Part shown: one piece after another, positions 23,531-32,236 of the stretch | Layout of the letters: each line of letters opens with the position of its first letter | How positions within the stretch are numbered: the stretch's first letter is position 1 | Virus genome (UHGV): UHGV-0191845 | Source of the DNA: a virus | Length of the DNA: 40,236 nucleotides | Reading direction: 5' to 3' (one strand) | The notes under the pieces: model-generated | Seen by the model: the letters and a program-made list of their open reading frames with translations, nothing else | Databases searched by the model: none | Told to the model about the DNA's origin: nothing | Position numbers and translations under genes: made by a program

Positions 23531-24271
23531 TTATTTTTGAGGCTTTATCATATTATAACAATCATCAAGCACTTTGTATACTGTTTCACCGTAAGAGTTC
23601 CAAAATCCTTTAGATGCTAAATCATAATAAGCATTATATATATTACTGTAATACTGATAAGTATAATTTCCGTTCAAATAGCCGATAGCCGCATTCTTTA
23701 TTTGCTCAAGGTTCTGACGAGATTGTAATAGAGATGCATACATGGCGTCCGGGTCGCATTTTGTTATTTCGAGGAACACATCATAGCTGACATCAGAACC
23801 GTTTTTAATTAAACTTATTGTATTGTCGATTTTTTGTAATTTATCATTCAATATATCATAACTATTATTTATCCATCCGATTTGGGTTAAATTACTCCCG
23901 GCGGCGCTATGCTCATCTGCCGCTAAAATAGATTCGATACAATTCAGGAGTTGGTTATATGTATCTTTGAAAAGATACATGAGATCAAGACCGAGAGCTG
24001 CATAACGCGCAATCTCGGCGGAGGAGTTTATAATGCTCACACTTTGATTTTCATTGTTCCAATTGACATATAGACCGCTTCCTTCGGAAATTTTACGGAG
24101 CGGCACATAAGTGCTTCCGTTAAGGTTAAGAATGGGGAGGTTGTCGGATGGAAGGAGAGAACCGTTAATATAGATCGGATAGTACACCTGAGTACATGTG
24201 AAATCTACGGCGGTAGCGGTTTGTGCGAGCATAAGAGAAAGAACAGTTAAGATTGATAAGATTTTTTTCAT
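23531..24271 (-). CDS. Secreted protein with copper-amine-oxidase N-terminal (stalk)-like domain
   Basis: Signal peptide MKKILSILTVLSLMLAQTATA; PIYING...NGSTYVPLRKISE...VNWN motif; AAAGGAG RBS. Confidence 0.8.
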   Translation of the reverse strand: MKKILSILTVLSLMLAQTATAVDFTCTQVYYPIYINGSLLPSDNLPILNLNGSTYVPLRKISEGSGLYVNWNNENQSVSIINSSAEIARYAALGLDLMYLFKDTYNQLLNCIESILAADEHSAAGSNLTQIGWINNSYDILNDKLQKIDNTISLIKNGSDVSYDVFLEITKCDPDAMYASLLQSRQNLEQIKNAAIGYLNGNYTYQYYSNIYNAYYDLASKGFWNSYGETVYKVLDDCYNMIKPQK

Positions 24272-24309
24272 TGTTAAAAACTCCTTTATAAATAATATAA
24301 ATAATATAA

Positions 24310-24939
24310 TTAATTTTTATCGGGGTTGCAGTAAGAGCAGGGGAGATAATTGCGGTGTGCGGCGGAGGGGGATATTTCGTAGGCGGAGGTTTTTTCGAAA
24401 ACGCAGCCGCACCACTGCCGATGGTAGTGCGTTCCGCCGGGGGTTACCATAAATGTTATGTCGGAAGCGGAACGAATGCAGAGAAAAAAGGAAAAAAACA
24501 CGGCAGCGGAGATTATTGCGGCAAACAAAACCGATATTCCGGTGCGCCGTTTTTTTGAAATTAGAAAATCGATGGCTGCATGGATATCGGTTACTTGCTT
24601 TTCTTCGGAAACGGTGGCAGAGCAGTTATTGCCCAGGTGACCGAGATAGATATGTATGTTTTCGTGGAGGATTGCGATGACGCGCTCGGCTTCCGTGAGA
24701 GACTGCAAAACAAAAATGAATTTTACGGAATCGGAACAAAAGGAAAAGGCAAAGCGGCCGAGCATTGAAGCGTCGCAGTTAAGACTGCGGATGAGGTTAA
24801 TATCGGAATCACGCCACGGAAGAAAAGGGCGGACGGTGAAACCCTGCTTTTGGGAAATTGCGGTTACATCGTCAAGAGTGGGGCAGCGCTTGAGAGAAAA
24901 AGCTTTGATAAAATTTTTTGCCGATTTGTAGTTATTCAT
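24310..24939 (-). CDS. ImmA/IrrE-like metallopeptidase with TM helix and C-terminal Zn-binding domain
   Basis: ILHENIHIYLGH HExxH, TM helix, VTPGGTHYHRQWC...PCSYCNP; GGAGGG RBS before ATG at 24939. Confidence 0.7.
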   Translation of the reverse strand: MNNYKSAKNFIKAFSLKRCPTLDDVTAISQKQGFTVRPFLPWRDSDINLIRSLNCDASMLGRFAFSFCSDSVKFIFVLQSLTEAERVIAILHENIHIYLGHLGNNCSATVSEEKQVTDIHAAIDFLISKKRRTGISVLFAAIISAAVFFSFFLCIRSASDITFMVTPGGTHYHRQWCGCVFEKTSAYEISPSAAHRNYLPCSYCNPDKN

Positions 24940-24996
24940 AAAATTACCCTCCAATATAAAAGATAACCTTATTATAACATATTTCGACAAAATTTA

Positions 24997-25404
24997 TTAA
25001 TTATTTTCAGATGCTGCGGCGCGACCGCAGACGATAAGCAGAATATAGTACAGACACATTACAAGAAGATTGAGCGAAAAATCGTGGTGCAATATATCGA
25101 AGTATATTCTTAATATGCTGCATATGAGCATGAAAACGGCAAAGACAACATAACGAGTGCCGTTTTTTGTTTGGGAGATCGATTCCGACGCCCAGACGGT
25201 CAGAGCAGAACCGCGGATCGCCGGCAAAAGAAGAAACGACAATATTGTGCTGCCTGCTGTGAGAAAAAGAATAATCTGAAAAAAAGCGTTTAATTTCCCG
25301 ATCAGATCCAATATGTATCCGCCAAACATCACAACAAGTGCGGAAAATATATCAATAACCAAGGTTATGACGCATAATACGATCCATGAAAGAAATCTTC
25401 TCAT
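24997..25404 (-). CDS. Four-TM membrane protein (possible superinfection exclusion)
   Basis: Four hydrophobic helices, co-transcribed with the repressor. Confidence 0.65.
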   Translation of the reverse strand: MRRFLSWIVLCVITLVIDIFSALVVMFGGYILDLIGKLNAFFQIILFLTAGSTILSFLLLPAIRGSALTVWASESISQTKNGTRYVVFAVFMLICSILRIYFDILHHDFSLNLLVMCLYYILLIVCGRAAASENN

Positions 25405-25411
25405 AGTTTAG

Positions 25412-25885
25412 CTACTCCTTATTATCTTCGGATAAAGCTTTTGAAAGGGCGGAATAATCGATCTTGGGGTCGGACTGAGGTGCGCCGCCGAATGCGGCAA
25501 TTGCTGCGCCGGAGAGATCCATGCCGGAAAAATCGTAAGCCGGTTTTCCGGTCAATCCGAGAAGCTTATCAACAGCCGGGCGAACGTCCGGTTGTTTTTT
25601 ATATGCGTCAATAAGCGCTTTATCGTGCGCGGTGAAGCCGTCGCCGTAGAAAGAAGCGGGGGAATCGGCGCGGCCGAGCAAGTAATCAACCGAACAGTCG
25701 AGGTAATCGGCTATTTTAGCGAGGCTGTCAAAAGCAATCGAACGACCGTGCAACATATGAGAAAAAGTATTTGAACCCAAACCGCAATTTTCTAACATGG
25801 ATTTCAGCGAAATTTTTTGAAGTTTGGCATACTCTTTTATTAGATTCGCCACATTTGGCGAATTATATAAAAACTCATCATTCAT
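25412..25885 (-). CDS. CI-like XRE repressor
   Basis: HTH with LAKIADYLDCSVDYLLGR; divergent from cro; GGGAGG RBS. Confidence 0.85.
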   Translation of the reverse strand: MNDEFLYNSPNVANLIKEYAKLQKISLKSMLENCGLGSNTFSHMLHGRSIAFDSLAKIADYLDCSVDYLLGRADSPASFYGDGFTAHDKALIDAYKKQPDVRPAVDKLLGLTGKPAYDFSGMDLSGAAIAAFGGAPQSDPKIDYSALSKALSEDNKE

Positions 25886-25957
25886 TTTGTGCAACCTCCC
25901 GAATATGACATATTTGGCGAAAAATATATTGACAATCGCCAGATATAGAGATATACT
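25844..25957. promoter_or_regulatory. Genetic switch: rightward promoter and three candidate operators
   Basis: TTGACA (25929-34), 17 bp, TATACT (25952-57); palindrome ATTCGCCA-CATT-TGGCGAAT (25844-63) with half-sites at 25905-20 and 25936-51 (inside the promoter spacer). Confidence 0.75.
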
Positions 25958-26010
25958 GTTCCCATAGTTAATTACTAACTAAAATATACCACAAAGGAGA
26001 GTGAAAGTCA

Positions 26011-26199
26011 ATGAGTATCGGAGAGAATCTGAGGGATCTGAGAATGAAGAGGGGGCTGACGCAGGGAGAGCTTGCGGAGATGGTCGGTGTGACGAGGGCG
26101 TTTTTGTGCCAGATTGAGAGAGGGACGAAAGCGCTGAGTCTGCCGCTGGCGAAAGAGATTTCGGAGGTTTTGAAATGCGGAATTGCGGATCTTGTTTAG
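26011..26199 (+). CDS. Cro-like XRE regulator
   Basis: GLTQGELAEMVGVTRAFLCQIERG HTH, 62 aa. Confidence 0.9.
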   Translation: MSIGENLRDLRMKRGLTQGELAEMVGVTRAFLCQIERGTKALSLPLAKEISEVLKCGIADLV

Positions 26200-26216
26200 G
26201 CATATGCCCGGGCAAA

Positions 26217-26297
26217 TAAAAAAAGAGCCTCCGCAACGGGAGGCAAAAGAAAAAATATTACATTTGATATTATAGCATACGGCTGAAAAGATGTAAA
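26217..26297 (-). ncRNA. Short antisense transcript unit between cro and xis
   Basis: Minus-strand TTTACA (26297-92), 17 bp, TG-n-TATAAT (26274-69); GCCTCC stem-loop (26227-44) followed by a U run. Confidence 0.55.
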
Positions 26298-26328
26298 GAA
26301 AAATATTACGGAAAGGGAGCTTGAAGAG

Positions 26329-26535
26329 ATGGCGATACCGAAATTTTATACAATCAAGGAGGTTGCGGAGATGATGAAGCTTCATGAAAACATGGTGCGA
26401 AAGCTGATTTATTCGCAGCAGCTGAGAGCGGTTTTATTCGGAACGGCTTACAGGATAAGCGAGGAGGACATTGACAAATATATAAAGACACATGCGGCGC
26501 ACCCGTACCATGTGTTTCCGACGAGAGGGAGATAA
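26329..26535 (+). CDS. Excisionase-like HTH_17 protein
   Basis: FYTIKEVAEMMKLHENMVRKLI...YRISEEDI. Confidence 0.85.
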   Translation: MAIPKFYTIKEVAEMMKLHENMVRKLIYSQQLRAVLFGTAYRISEEDIDKYIKTHAAHPYHVFPTRGR

Positions 26536-26541
26536 GGGAAA

Positions 26542-27084
26542 ATGATTGCATACAAGGGATTCAACAAGGATTTGACATGCAGGGGGCACAAATTCAGCGT
26601 TTCGGACGTGAACGTTTGCGAGGAGGCAAACTGCGTTAAGAACGGATTCCACTGCGCGGAGAATCCGCTGGATGTGCTGACATACTACCCGAACATGGAG
26701 GAGTCGGTTTACTGGCTTGTGCTTGCGGAGGGAGACATCAACGAGGACGGGGCGGACAGCAAAATTTCATGCACGGAGCTGACGCTTTTGCAGGAGCTGA
26801 CGGTGGAGGATTTTGTTTGGGAGAGTCTTTTATACATGGCGAAGCACCCAGGGAGGGCGCAAAACGGAATCAAAGAGACGGCAAAGGCGGACGCGCTGCC
26901 GTTTGCGATTGCGAGAGGGAAAGCGCCGAGGGTGCAGGGAAAGCTCGGCGCGGTGCTCGGCGCGGCGGTGGAAAGCCCGGGGAGCGCCGGGATTGTGAAG
27001 ATTGCGGCGGCGGTGGTTGACGGCGAGAGGCTGAAGCCGGGGGTTTGGTACACGGCGGAGGAGCTGCTGTGTGCGCTGAATTAG
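26542..27084 (+). CDS. Conserved phage early protein (DUF7666-like)
   Basis: AYKGFNKDLTCRG...GFHCAENPLDVLTYY...VDGERLKPGVWY. Confidence 0.75.
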   Translation: MIAYKGFNKDLTCRGHKFSVSDVNVCEEANCVKNGFHCAENPLDVLTYYPNMEESVYWLVLAEGDINEDGADSKISCTELTLLQELTVEDFVWESLLYMAKHPGRAQNGIKETAKADALPFAIARGKAPRVQGKLGAVLGAAVESPGSAGIVKIAAAVVDGERLKPGVWYTAEELLCALN

Positions 27085-27095
27085 GGTAACAAGGC

Positions 27096-27450
27096 AAAGG
27101 CAGCTGCCTTTAAAACGGTATAGCTCAAAACCGAACCGATGAGCATCGGGAGGCATTGTTCGGGCGCGAACGGCGTTGTTCTTTTGGAGTCAAAAGAACC
27201 AAAAACGCGGGGGTTTCGATTCCCCCGCGCCCCTAAACGACCTCGCAAGGGCGGAGATTACGGCGTGCGTGCGTTGGCGGAGGTGCAGCGGTTTTGTTTT
27301 GCGGCTTCTGTGCTCCGCTCCGCGTGATGTGATTGTGCCGTGCGCGACTGTATGCAGTTTATAGTCAAACTACTTACAACATGCCTCATGCTCCGGCTGC
27401 GCATGGCGAAGCCGCAAAACGGCGGCCGAGTGCAAGAAAACGGCGGCGGA
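27096..27450 (-). repeat. Structured dispersed element, copy C
   Basis: Reverse complement of copies A/B; contains CGCGGGGG-TTTCGATT-CCCCCGCG (27206-29). Confidence 0.95.
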
Positions 27451-27475
27451 GGGAGAGAAAACGGAGGAGTTAAGA

Positions 27476-27646
27476 ATGGACAATTCAAAAATATGCTTTT
27501 CGTGCAAGGCGGAGAAAATCTGCGGCAGCTCTGTGACGGCATATTCCGCAGGGTGCATGGAAAACATGAGAATTTACATACACGATAAAAAGAAGTTCAG
27601 AAAGATTTTGAAAGACATAAAGGAAAAGGCGGAATCGGGACGATGA
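27476..27646 (+). CDS. Small hypothetical Cys-containing protein (56 aa)
   Basis: GGAGGAG RBS; MDNSKICFSCKAEKICG... Confidence 0.6.
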   Translation: MDNSKICFSCKAEKICGSSVTAYSAGCMENMRIYIHDKKKFRKILKDIKEKAESGR

Positions 27647-27795
27647 TTGAATTTATAAAAACAAACGCGTTTCCGTGCGTGATAATCGCGCTGTACATAT
27701 GCGCGGCGATACATGACGGAGCGCGGCTCGAATTGGAAAGGGCGTTATACTGGCTTGCCGCGGCGGTTGTTAACGCGGCGGTATTGATGATGTAG
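27643..27795 (+). CDS. Small membrane protein (50 aa)
   Basis: ATGA overlap; MIEFIKTNAFPCVIIALY...ALYWLAAAVVNAAVLMM. Confidence 0.65.
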   Translation: MIEFIKTNAFPCVIIALYICAAIHDGARLELERALYWLAAAVVNAAVLMM

Positions 27796-27804
27796 AGGGG
27801 AGTA

Positions 27805-28275
27805 ATGAAAATGACAAACAATAAGATTCAGCTTGAAGTGTGCAAAGCTATGTTAAATTCGAATCGGATGTTAGTAATGTCGGAAATATCCGATGAAATT
27901 ATCGGCGTAACACTGGACGGATTTATAGCGTACGCTCTCAATAAAAACGAATGCATATTTAACACCGACAGAATATCGAAAGAACATTCAGAGAATATGA
28001 AAAAAATTTTCGAGCCTAATGAGAAAGATAAACTGCTTACTGCAACACGTATTGTAATTGAAGACAAAGACTGTTCCGTGAGAAAACTGACGTGCGAGGA
28101 TTTCGACTGCTACATAAAGGAAAACCTGTACAAACAAGTTTCGGGGCTTAACCTTTACGGTTACGGAAATTTGAACAGAATATTAGCGACAGATGATTTC
28201 GGCTTTCCGCGCGTTGTTGTAATGCCGCGCAGATTGAGCGAATCGAAAGCTTTGAAGGAGAGTAACCGACGATGA
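27805..28275 (+). CDS. Hypothetical protein
   Basis: GAGGGG RBS, 156 aa, AT-richer than its flanks. Confidence 0.7.
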   Translation: MKMTNNKIQLEVCKAMLNSNRMLVMSEISDEIIGVTLDGFIAYALNKNECIFNTDRISKEHSENMKKIFEPNEKDKLLTATRIVIEDKDCSVRKLTCEDFDCYIKENLYKQVSGLNLYGYGNLNRILATDDFGFPRVVVMPRRLSESKALKESNRR

Positions 28276-28496
28276 ATAAAGCAACAATATATGATTTTGC
28301 AAGAATGTGCAATAATTTCAATTTCAACTGTAGTGAATGCCCGTTGCACTTAAGTGGTCGCGGAATGTGTTTAGGTTGCGGTGAATTTATTATCGATTTA
28401 ACTGACAAAGCAAATGAAATAATACTTAACTGGTGCAAAGAGCACCCTGTTGAAACACGGAATGACAGGTTTTTGAAGATGTCGCGGCGGTTGTAA
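28272..28496 (+). CDS. Cys-rich phage protein, probably 3'-truncated
   Basis: RMC...CSECPL...WCKEHPVETRNDRFLKM, then ends inside the direct repeat at 28483. Confidence 0.6.
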   Translation: MNKATIYDFARMCNNFNFNCSECPLHLSGRGMCLGCGEFIIDLTDKANEIILNWCKEHPVETRNDRFLKMSRRL

Positions 28497-28528
28497 ATGC
28501 AGCAGTATTGATGATGTAGAGGGGAGTA

Positions 28529-28705
28529 ATGAACATGGTGAGAAGGGTATATTTGGCGGTGAATCTTGCGGCGTTATGGATTGCGGCGCTGCTGGTATGC
28601 GATTCGGTAGGCTTGGGGAAGCTTTCGCCCCTTTACGGCGCGGCGGTGATATTTGCGATCATGATGTCGGCGGTGACGGCGTATGAATTGATTAAAAGAA
28701 ATTAA
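28529..28705 (+). CDS. Small two-TM membrane protein (58 aa)
   Basis: GAGGGG RBS; MNMVRRVYLAVNLAALW...YGAAVIFAIMMSAVTAYELIKRN. Confidence 0.65.
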   Translation: MNMVRRVYLAVNLAALWIAALLVCDSVGLGKLSPLYGAAVIFAIMMSAVTAYELIKRN

Positions 28706-28720
28706 AGGAGAACAAAAACA

Positions 28721-29020
28721 ATGTTGAATTTAAAAGGGAAAACGGTACTTGTAAGAGGTGCTCAGAGCGGTGTACATATGGGAATTTTGGAGGACAGAAT
28801 CGGCGCAGAAGTTGAACTGTCGGAGGTTCGTAATATTTGGCGGTGGCGCGGTGCAAATAACTTTACAGAGCTTTCCGCAAAAGGTGTTGTTAATGATTAC
28901 ACGAGAGTGACCGCACCCGTGGATTCTGTGATTTTCATAGATATATGCGAAATAGCGCCGTGCACGGAGAAAGCTATAAAAAGAATAAAGGGGTGCAAAC
29001 CGTGGCAGTATCAGAATTAA
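28721..29020 (+). CDS. DUF6948-like phage protein
   Basis: [13 protein letters not shown]...RNIWRWRGA...EIAPCTEKA. Confidence 0.75.
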   Translation: MLNLKGKTVLVRGAQSGVHMGILEDRIGAEVELSEVRNIWRWRGANNFTELSAKGVVNDYTRVTAPVDSVIFIDICEIAPCTEKAIKRIKGCKPWQYQN

Positions 29021-29733
29021 AAATCAAAGAATTTTTAGCAGACGGCAGCCGCTTTGTCAACGGCGACGGCAGCCGCTTTGTCAACGGCGACGGCAGCGGC
29101 AGCGGCAGCGGCAACGGCAACGGCAGCGGCTTCGGCAACGGCAGCGGCTTCGGCGACGGCAACGGCAGCCGCTTTGTCAACGGCAGCGGCGACGGCTTCG
29201 GCTTAGGCGACGGCAGCGGCGACGGCAGCGGCGACGGCAGCGGCAACGGCAACGGCAACGGCGTAAAAAGCATAAACGGAATGACTGTATACAAGGTTGA
29301 TTCTGTGCCGACTGTATTTACAAGCATACACGGAAACATAGCAAAAGGAATGATTCTCGGCGGAGGATTAAAGCTCTCTCCCTGTTTTGTTGTGAAAGGT
29401 CACGGATATTTTGCACACGGAAAAACGCTTAAAGAAGCGCAGGTCGCGCTTGAAAGCAAAATCTTTGACGATATGGACATTGAAGAAAAAATTGCAGAAT
29501 TTAAAAAGCAATTCAATGTGACGGATAGATATCCCGTCCGCAATTTTTATGACTGGCATAACAAGCTGACAGGCAGCTGCGAAATGGGGCGTAAAGCATT
29601 TGCGGACAGTCATGGGATAGACATTGACAATGATTTTATGACGGTTGCTGAATTTATAAAAATTACAAAAGATTCTTACGGCGGAGAGGTTATAAGGCAG
29701 CTTGAGGAAAGTTATGGGGTGGAACAGGAATGA
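29002..29733 (+). CDS. Gly-rich repeat phage protein
   Basis: GTG start after AAGGGGTG; (G-S/D/N) repeats, then [10 protein letters not shown]...[13 protein letters not shown]. Confidence 0.75.
   Translation: MAVSELKIKEFLADGSRFVNGDGSRFVNGDGSGSGSGNGNGSGFGNGSGFGDGNGSRFVNGSGDGFGLGDGSGDGSGDGSGNGNGNGVKSINGMTVYKVDSVPTVFTSIHGNIAKGMILGGGLKLSPCFVVKGHGYFAHGKTLKEAQVALESKIFDDMDIEEKIAEFKKQFNVTDRYPVRNFYDWHNKLTGSCEMGRKAFADSHGIDIDNDFMTVAEFIKITKDSYGGEVIRQLEESYGVEQE
29041..29262 (+). repeat. Hexamer coding repeat GGC(AGC/GAC/AAC/TTC)
   Basis: Includes a 24-bp unit GACGGCAGCCGCTTTGTCAACGGC that occurs three times (third copy with one change). Confidence 0.85.
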
Positions 29734-29834
29734 CGCGCGAGGAAACGGAAAAGGCATTTTATGACGGCGCGGCGGTGATATTTGCGATCATGATGTCGGC
29801 GGTGACGGCTGCCGAGCTTATCAGAAGGAAGTGA
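29730..29834 (+). pseudogene. 34-aa chimeric junction ORF
   Basis: The 5' part matches gene 33274 (MT.EETEKAFYDGAAVI); the 3' part matches gene 28529 (GAAVIFAIMMSAVTA). Confidence 0.7.
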
Positions 29835-29840
29835 GAGACG

Positions 29841-30014
29841 GTGGCAAAGCGGAAAGAAGTGCGGAGCGGCCCGTCAATTAAGGATTATTCGGAAGCATGC
29901 AAAGAATATAGAAAGAGAACGGGAAGGTTTTTAGCATACCGCGATTTTCAGAGCGGAAAATATATTGAAGACATGGAGAATGCAAAAAGGGGTGACAGGA
30001 CGGATGGAGTTTGA
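29841..30014 (+). CDS. Small hypothetical protein (57 aa)
   Basis: GTG start; fills the gap and overlaps the PcfJ start. Confidence 0.5.
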   Translation: MAKRKEVRSGPSIKDYSEACKEYRKRTGRFLAYRDFQSGKYIEDMENAKRGDRTDGV

Positions 30015-31746
30015 CGGAATGCCGGAGATCCCGGAGGAGGAGCTGCGGCGCGTGCGGGAGGAATTTCCCGATTACTTATTTTTCACCAATCAAAAGCGCG
30101 GAGAGCGGGCATGGCGGTGCACGGCGTGCGGAGAGAGATACCGGACGGGAGGCTTGAAGAAAACCGAAACGCCGGAGGACAGGGAGCTTATTTATGCAAG
30201 GATGGGAGAGCGGCGCAGATGCGCAAAGTGCGGAAAGCTTTGCACGGTTAAAAGTGCGCTGAGAACAAATCCGGGCAGGCTTTACGAGGCGAGATACATT
30301 GTTTTCGTTATTCCGAAGGGACGGAATGAGGTTTGGATGCGGTGCATTACGGCGCACATGGATTACGCCGCCGACGGAGGATTCGGCTTTCGCGAGGAGC
30401 TGCGCTGCCGCCTTGTGCCGGGAGAGGCGCGGCAATGGGAGAGCTCGTATTACAAAGGATGGAATGAGAGAGAAACGTTTGCCGAGCCGTTTCGGTACAA
30501 CTATGGGCTTTACTGCGAAAAGCACCCTTACAAAATCCGGGGAGTCCGCGGAGGAATTGAAGAAACGTTTTTGAAATACAGCGCTGTTGAGCTTTTTGCA
30601 AGCAGGCATTACGATGTGCCGTGGGTGAAATACCTGTGCCGGTACGCGGAAATACCGGCGCTTGAAATGGTTGTGAAATTAGGGCTGCAATCGATTGCGG
30701 ACGCGCTGGTTTACGAAAATCTTCCGAACAAGCGCGTTATAGACTGGGAGGCGAGAAAGCCGTGGAATCTTGTGCGGCTGGAGCGGAATGTTTTCAAGGT
30801 TTGGTTCGATGAAAGCAAGGAGCTTGGCGTGCTGAAGCTCAACCGTGCTTTGCGCGGAAAGAGCGAAAAGGACATGCGCGCGGCGATGAGGCTTTACGAT
30901 TATTCGTACAATTTAAAGGAAGCGAGGACGGCGGCAGCGGCAATCGGCACAGCGGCGGAGGTTGCGCGGCTGATAAAATACATTGAAAAGACGGCGGCAG
31001 AGAGCGGCGGAGGCTGCCACTGCTGTCCCGGAATCACGGAGAGGGAGGCATTTAATCTGTGGCTTGATTTTGCGGACATGGCAAAGCGAATGAAGCTTGA
31101 GGGGAAAATCAATCCCTTTCCGAAAGACCTTAAGGCGGCGCATGACGCGCTTGCGAGAACGTGCGAAATAAAGGACATGAAGGCGCGCGCGGCGGAGGCG
31201 CACAAGACGGCGGCGGCGGAAGCGGTTAAACGGGAGAAAGAATTTCCAAGGGTCGGGAAGATATATAAGAGAATCAGAAAAAAGTTTGAATTTGAAAGCG
31301 GAGGCTTTCGGATTGCCGTGCCGGAGAAGATTGAGGACATTTTATTTGAGGGGAGGATGCTCAACACATGTCTGAGCCGCACGGGGCGGTATTTTGAAAG
31401 AATACAGGACAACGAATCGTATTTGTTTTTTCTGCGGAAAACGGACGAGCCCGACATGCCATGGTACACAATCGAGGCAGAGCCGGGCGGAACGATACGC
31501 CAGAAGCGGACGGTGAACGACTGCCAGAACAGCGACCTTAAGGAAGCGGAGGGATTTCTGCGCGAGTGGCAGGAGCACATAAAAAGGACGATGACGAGGG
31601 CGGACAAGAGGAGCGCGGCAAAGAGCCGCGAGGCGCGCATCCGCGAATTTGCGGAGCTGAGAGAGAAAAGCATCCGCGTTAATTACGGAGTGCATGCAGG
31701 GCAGCTGCTTGCGGATATTTTGGAGAGAGATCTGACAGAATGCTGA
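30004..31746 (+). CDS. PcfJ-like protein with N-terminal Zn ribbons
   Basis: CTAC/CAKC; PFPKDLKAAHD, EGRMLNTC, FFLRKTDEPDMPWYTIE...IRQKR. Confidence 0.85.
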   Translation: MEFDGMPEIPEEELRRVREEFPDYLFFTNQKRGERAWRCTACGERYRTGGLKKTETPEDRELIYARMGERRRCAKCGKLCTVKSALRTNPGRLYEARYIVFVIPKGRNEVWMRCITAHMDYAADGGFGFREELRCRLVPGEARQWESSYYKGWNERETFAEPFRYNYGLYCEKHPYKIRGVRGGIEETFLKYSAVELFASRHYDVPWVKYLCRYAEIPALEMVVKLGLQSIADALVYENLPNKRVIDWEARKPWNLVRLERNVFKVWFDESKELGVLKLNRALRGKSEKDMRAAMRLYDYSYNLKEARTAAAAIGTAAEVARLIKYIEKTAAESGGGCHCCPGITEREAFNLWLDFADMAKRMKLEGKINPFPKDLKAAHDALARTCEIKDMKARAAEAHKTAAAEAVKREKEFPRVGKIYKRIRKKFEFESGGFRIAVPEKIEDILFEGRMLNTCLSRTGRYFERIQDNESYLFFLRKTDEPDMPWYTIEAEPGGTIRQKRTVNDCQNSDLKEAEGFLREWQEHIKRTMTRADKRSAAKSREARIREFAELREKSIRVNYGVHAGQLLADILERDLTEC

Positions 31747-31799
31747 ATGCTGAATTAAGAATTATGCATTATGAATTATACAGAGGGGGAGAGGTTAAT

Positions 31800-32102
31800 A
31801 TGGAGATAAAAAAGCGGATTGAGGAAATGGCGGAAAAGTCCTCGGACGGGGGGAAAGCCGTGGGGCTGTTTTTATGCGAGCTGATTGAAAAGGAGCCGCA
31901 GGCGGCAAAGGACATTGAAAAAGCGCTTGACGGAGGGAAGACGCTTGACGGCGGCTACAAGGAAATTTCGGATTATGCAAAAAAGGTGAGCCCGAACGCG
32001 CCGACGGTGGTGCTGCCGGAAAAGGCGGCAGAGCTTGTGCGCGGATACATGGAGATAAGAGAACACAGGGAAGAAAAGAGAAGCATTTTCGATATGCTGT
32101 AA
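31800..32102 (+). CDS. PcfK-like (AcrIIA9-family-like) protein
   Basis: Adjacent to PcfJ; KTLDGGYKEISDYAKK...ELVRGY and a C-terminal SIFDML. Confidence 0.55.
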   Translation: MEIKKRIEEMAEKSSDGGKAVGLFLCELIEKEPQAAKDIEKALDGGKTLDGGYKEISDYAKKVSPNAPTVVLPEKAAELVRGYMEIREHREEKRSIFDML

Positions 32103-32106
32103 GAGG

Positions 32107-32200
32107 GATTATGTTCTTTTGGAGTCAAAAGAACCAAAAACATGAGGGAAACGGCAGCGGAGCGGGGAAAACGGCGGCAAGGCGTGAGAAAACGCCGCCG
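32107..32200 (-). repeat. Internally deleted fragment of the structured element (copy F)
   Basis: GGATTATGTTCTTTTGGAGTCAAAAGAACCAAAAACATG joined to ACGGCGGC-rich end repeats. Confidence 0.8.
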
Positions 32201-32236
32201 TGCGTTAAAAAAATATTTTTGGAGGTTGAGGAAAAA

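Noticed and set aside
27139..27588. Recurring short ORFs (MFFWSQKNQK..., ...LLCSAPRDVIVP...) also at 33459, 34535, 35780-36170 and the 5' extension at 32111
   Set aside because: These are translations of the non-coding repeat: frames, starts and lengths differ between copies and RBSs are lacking.
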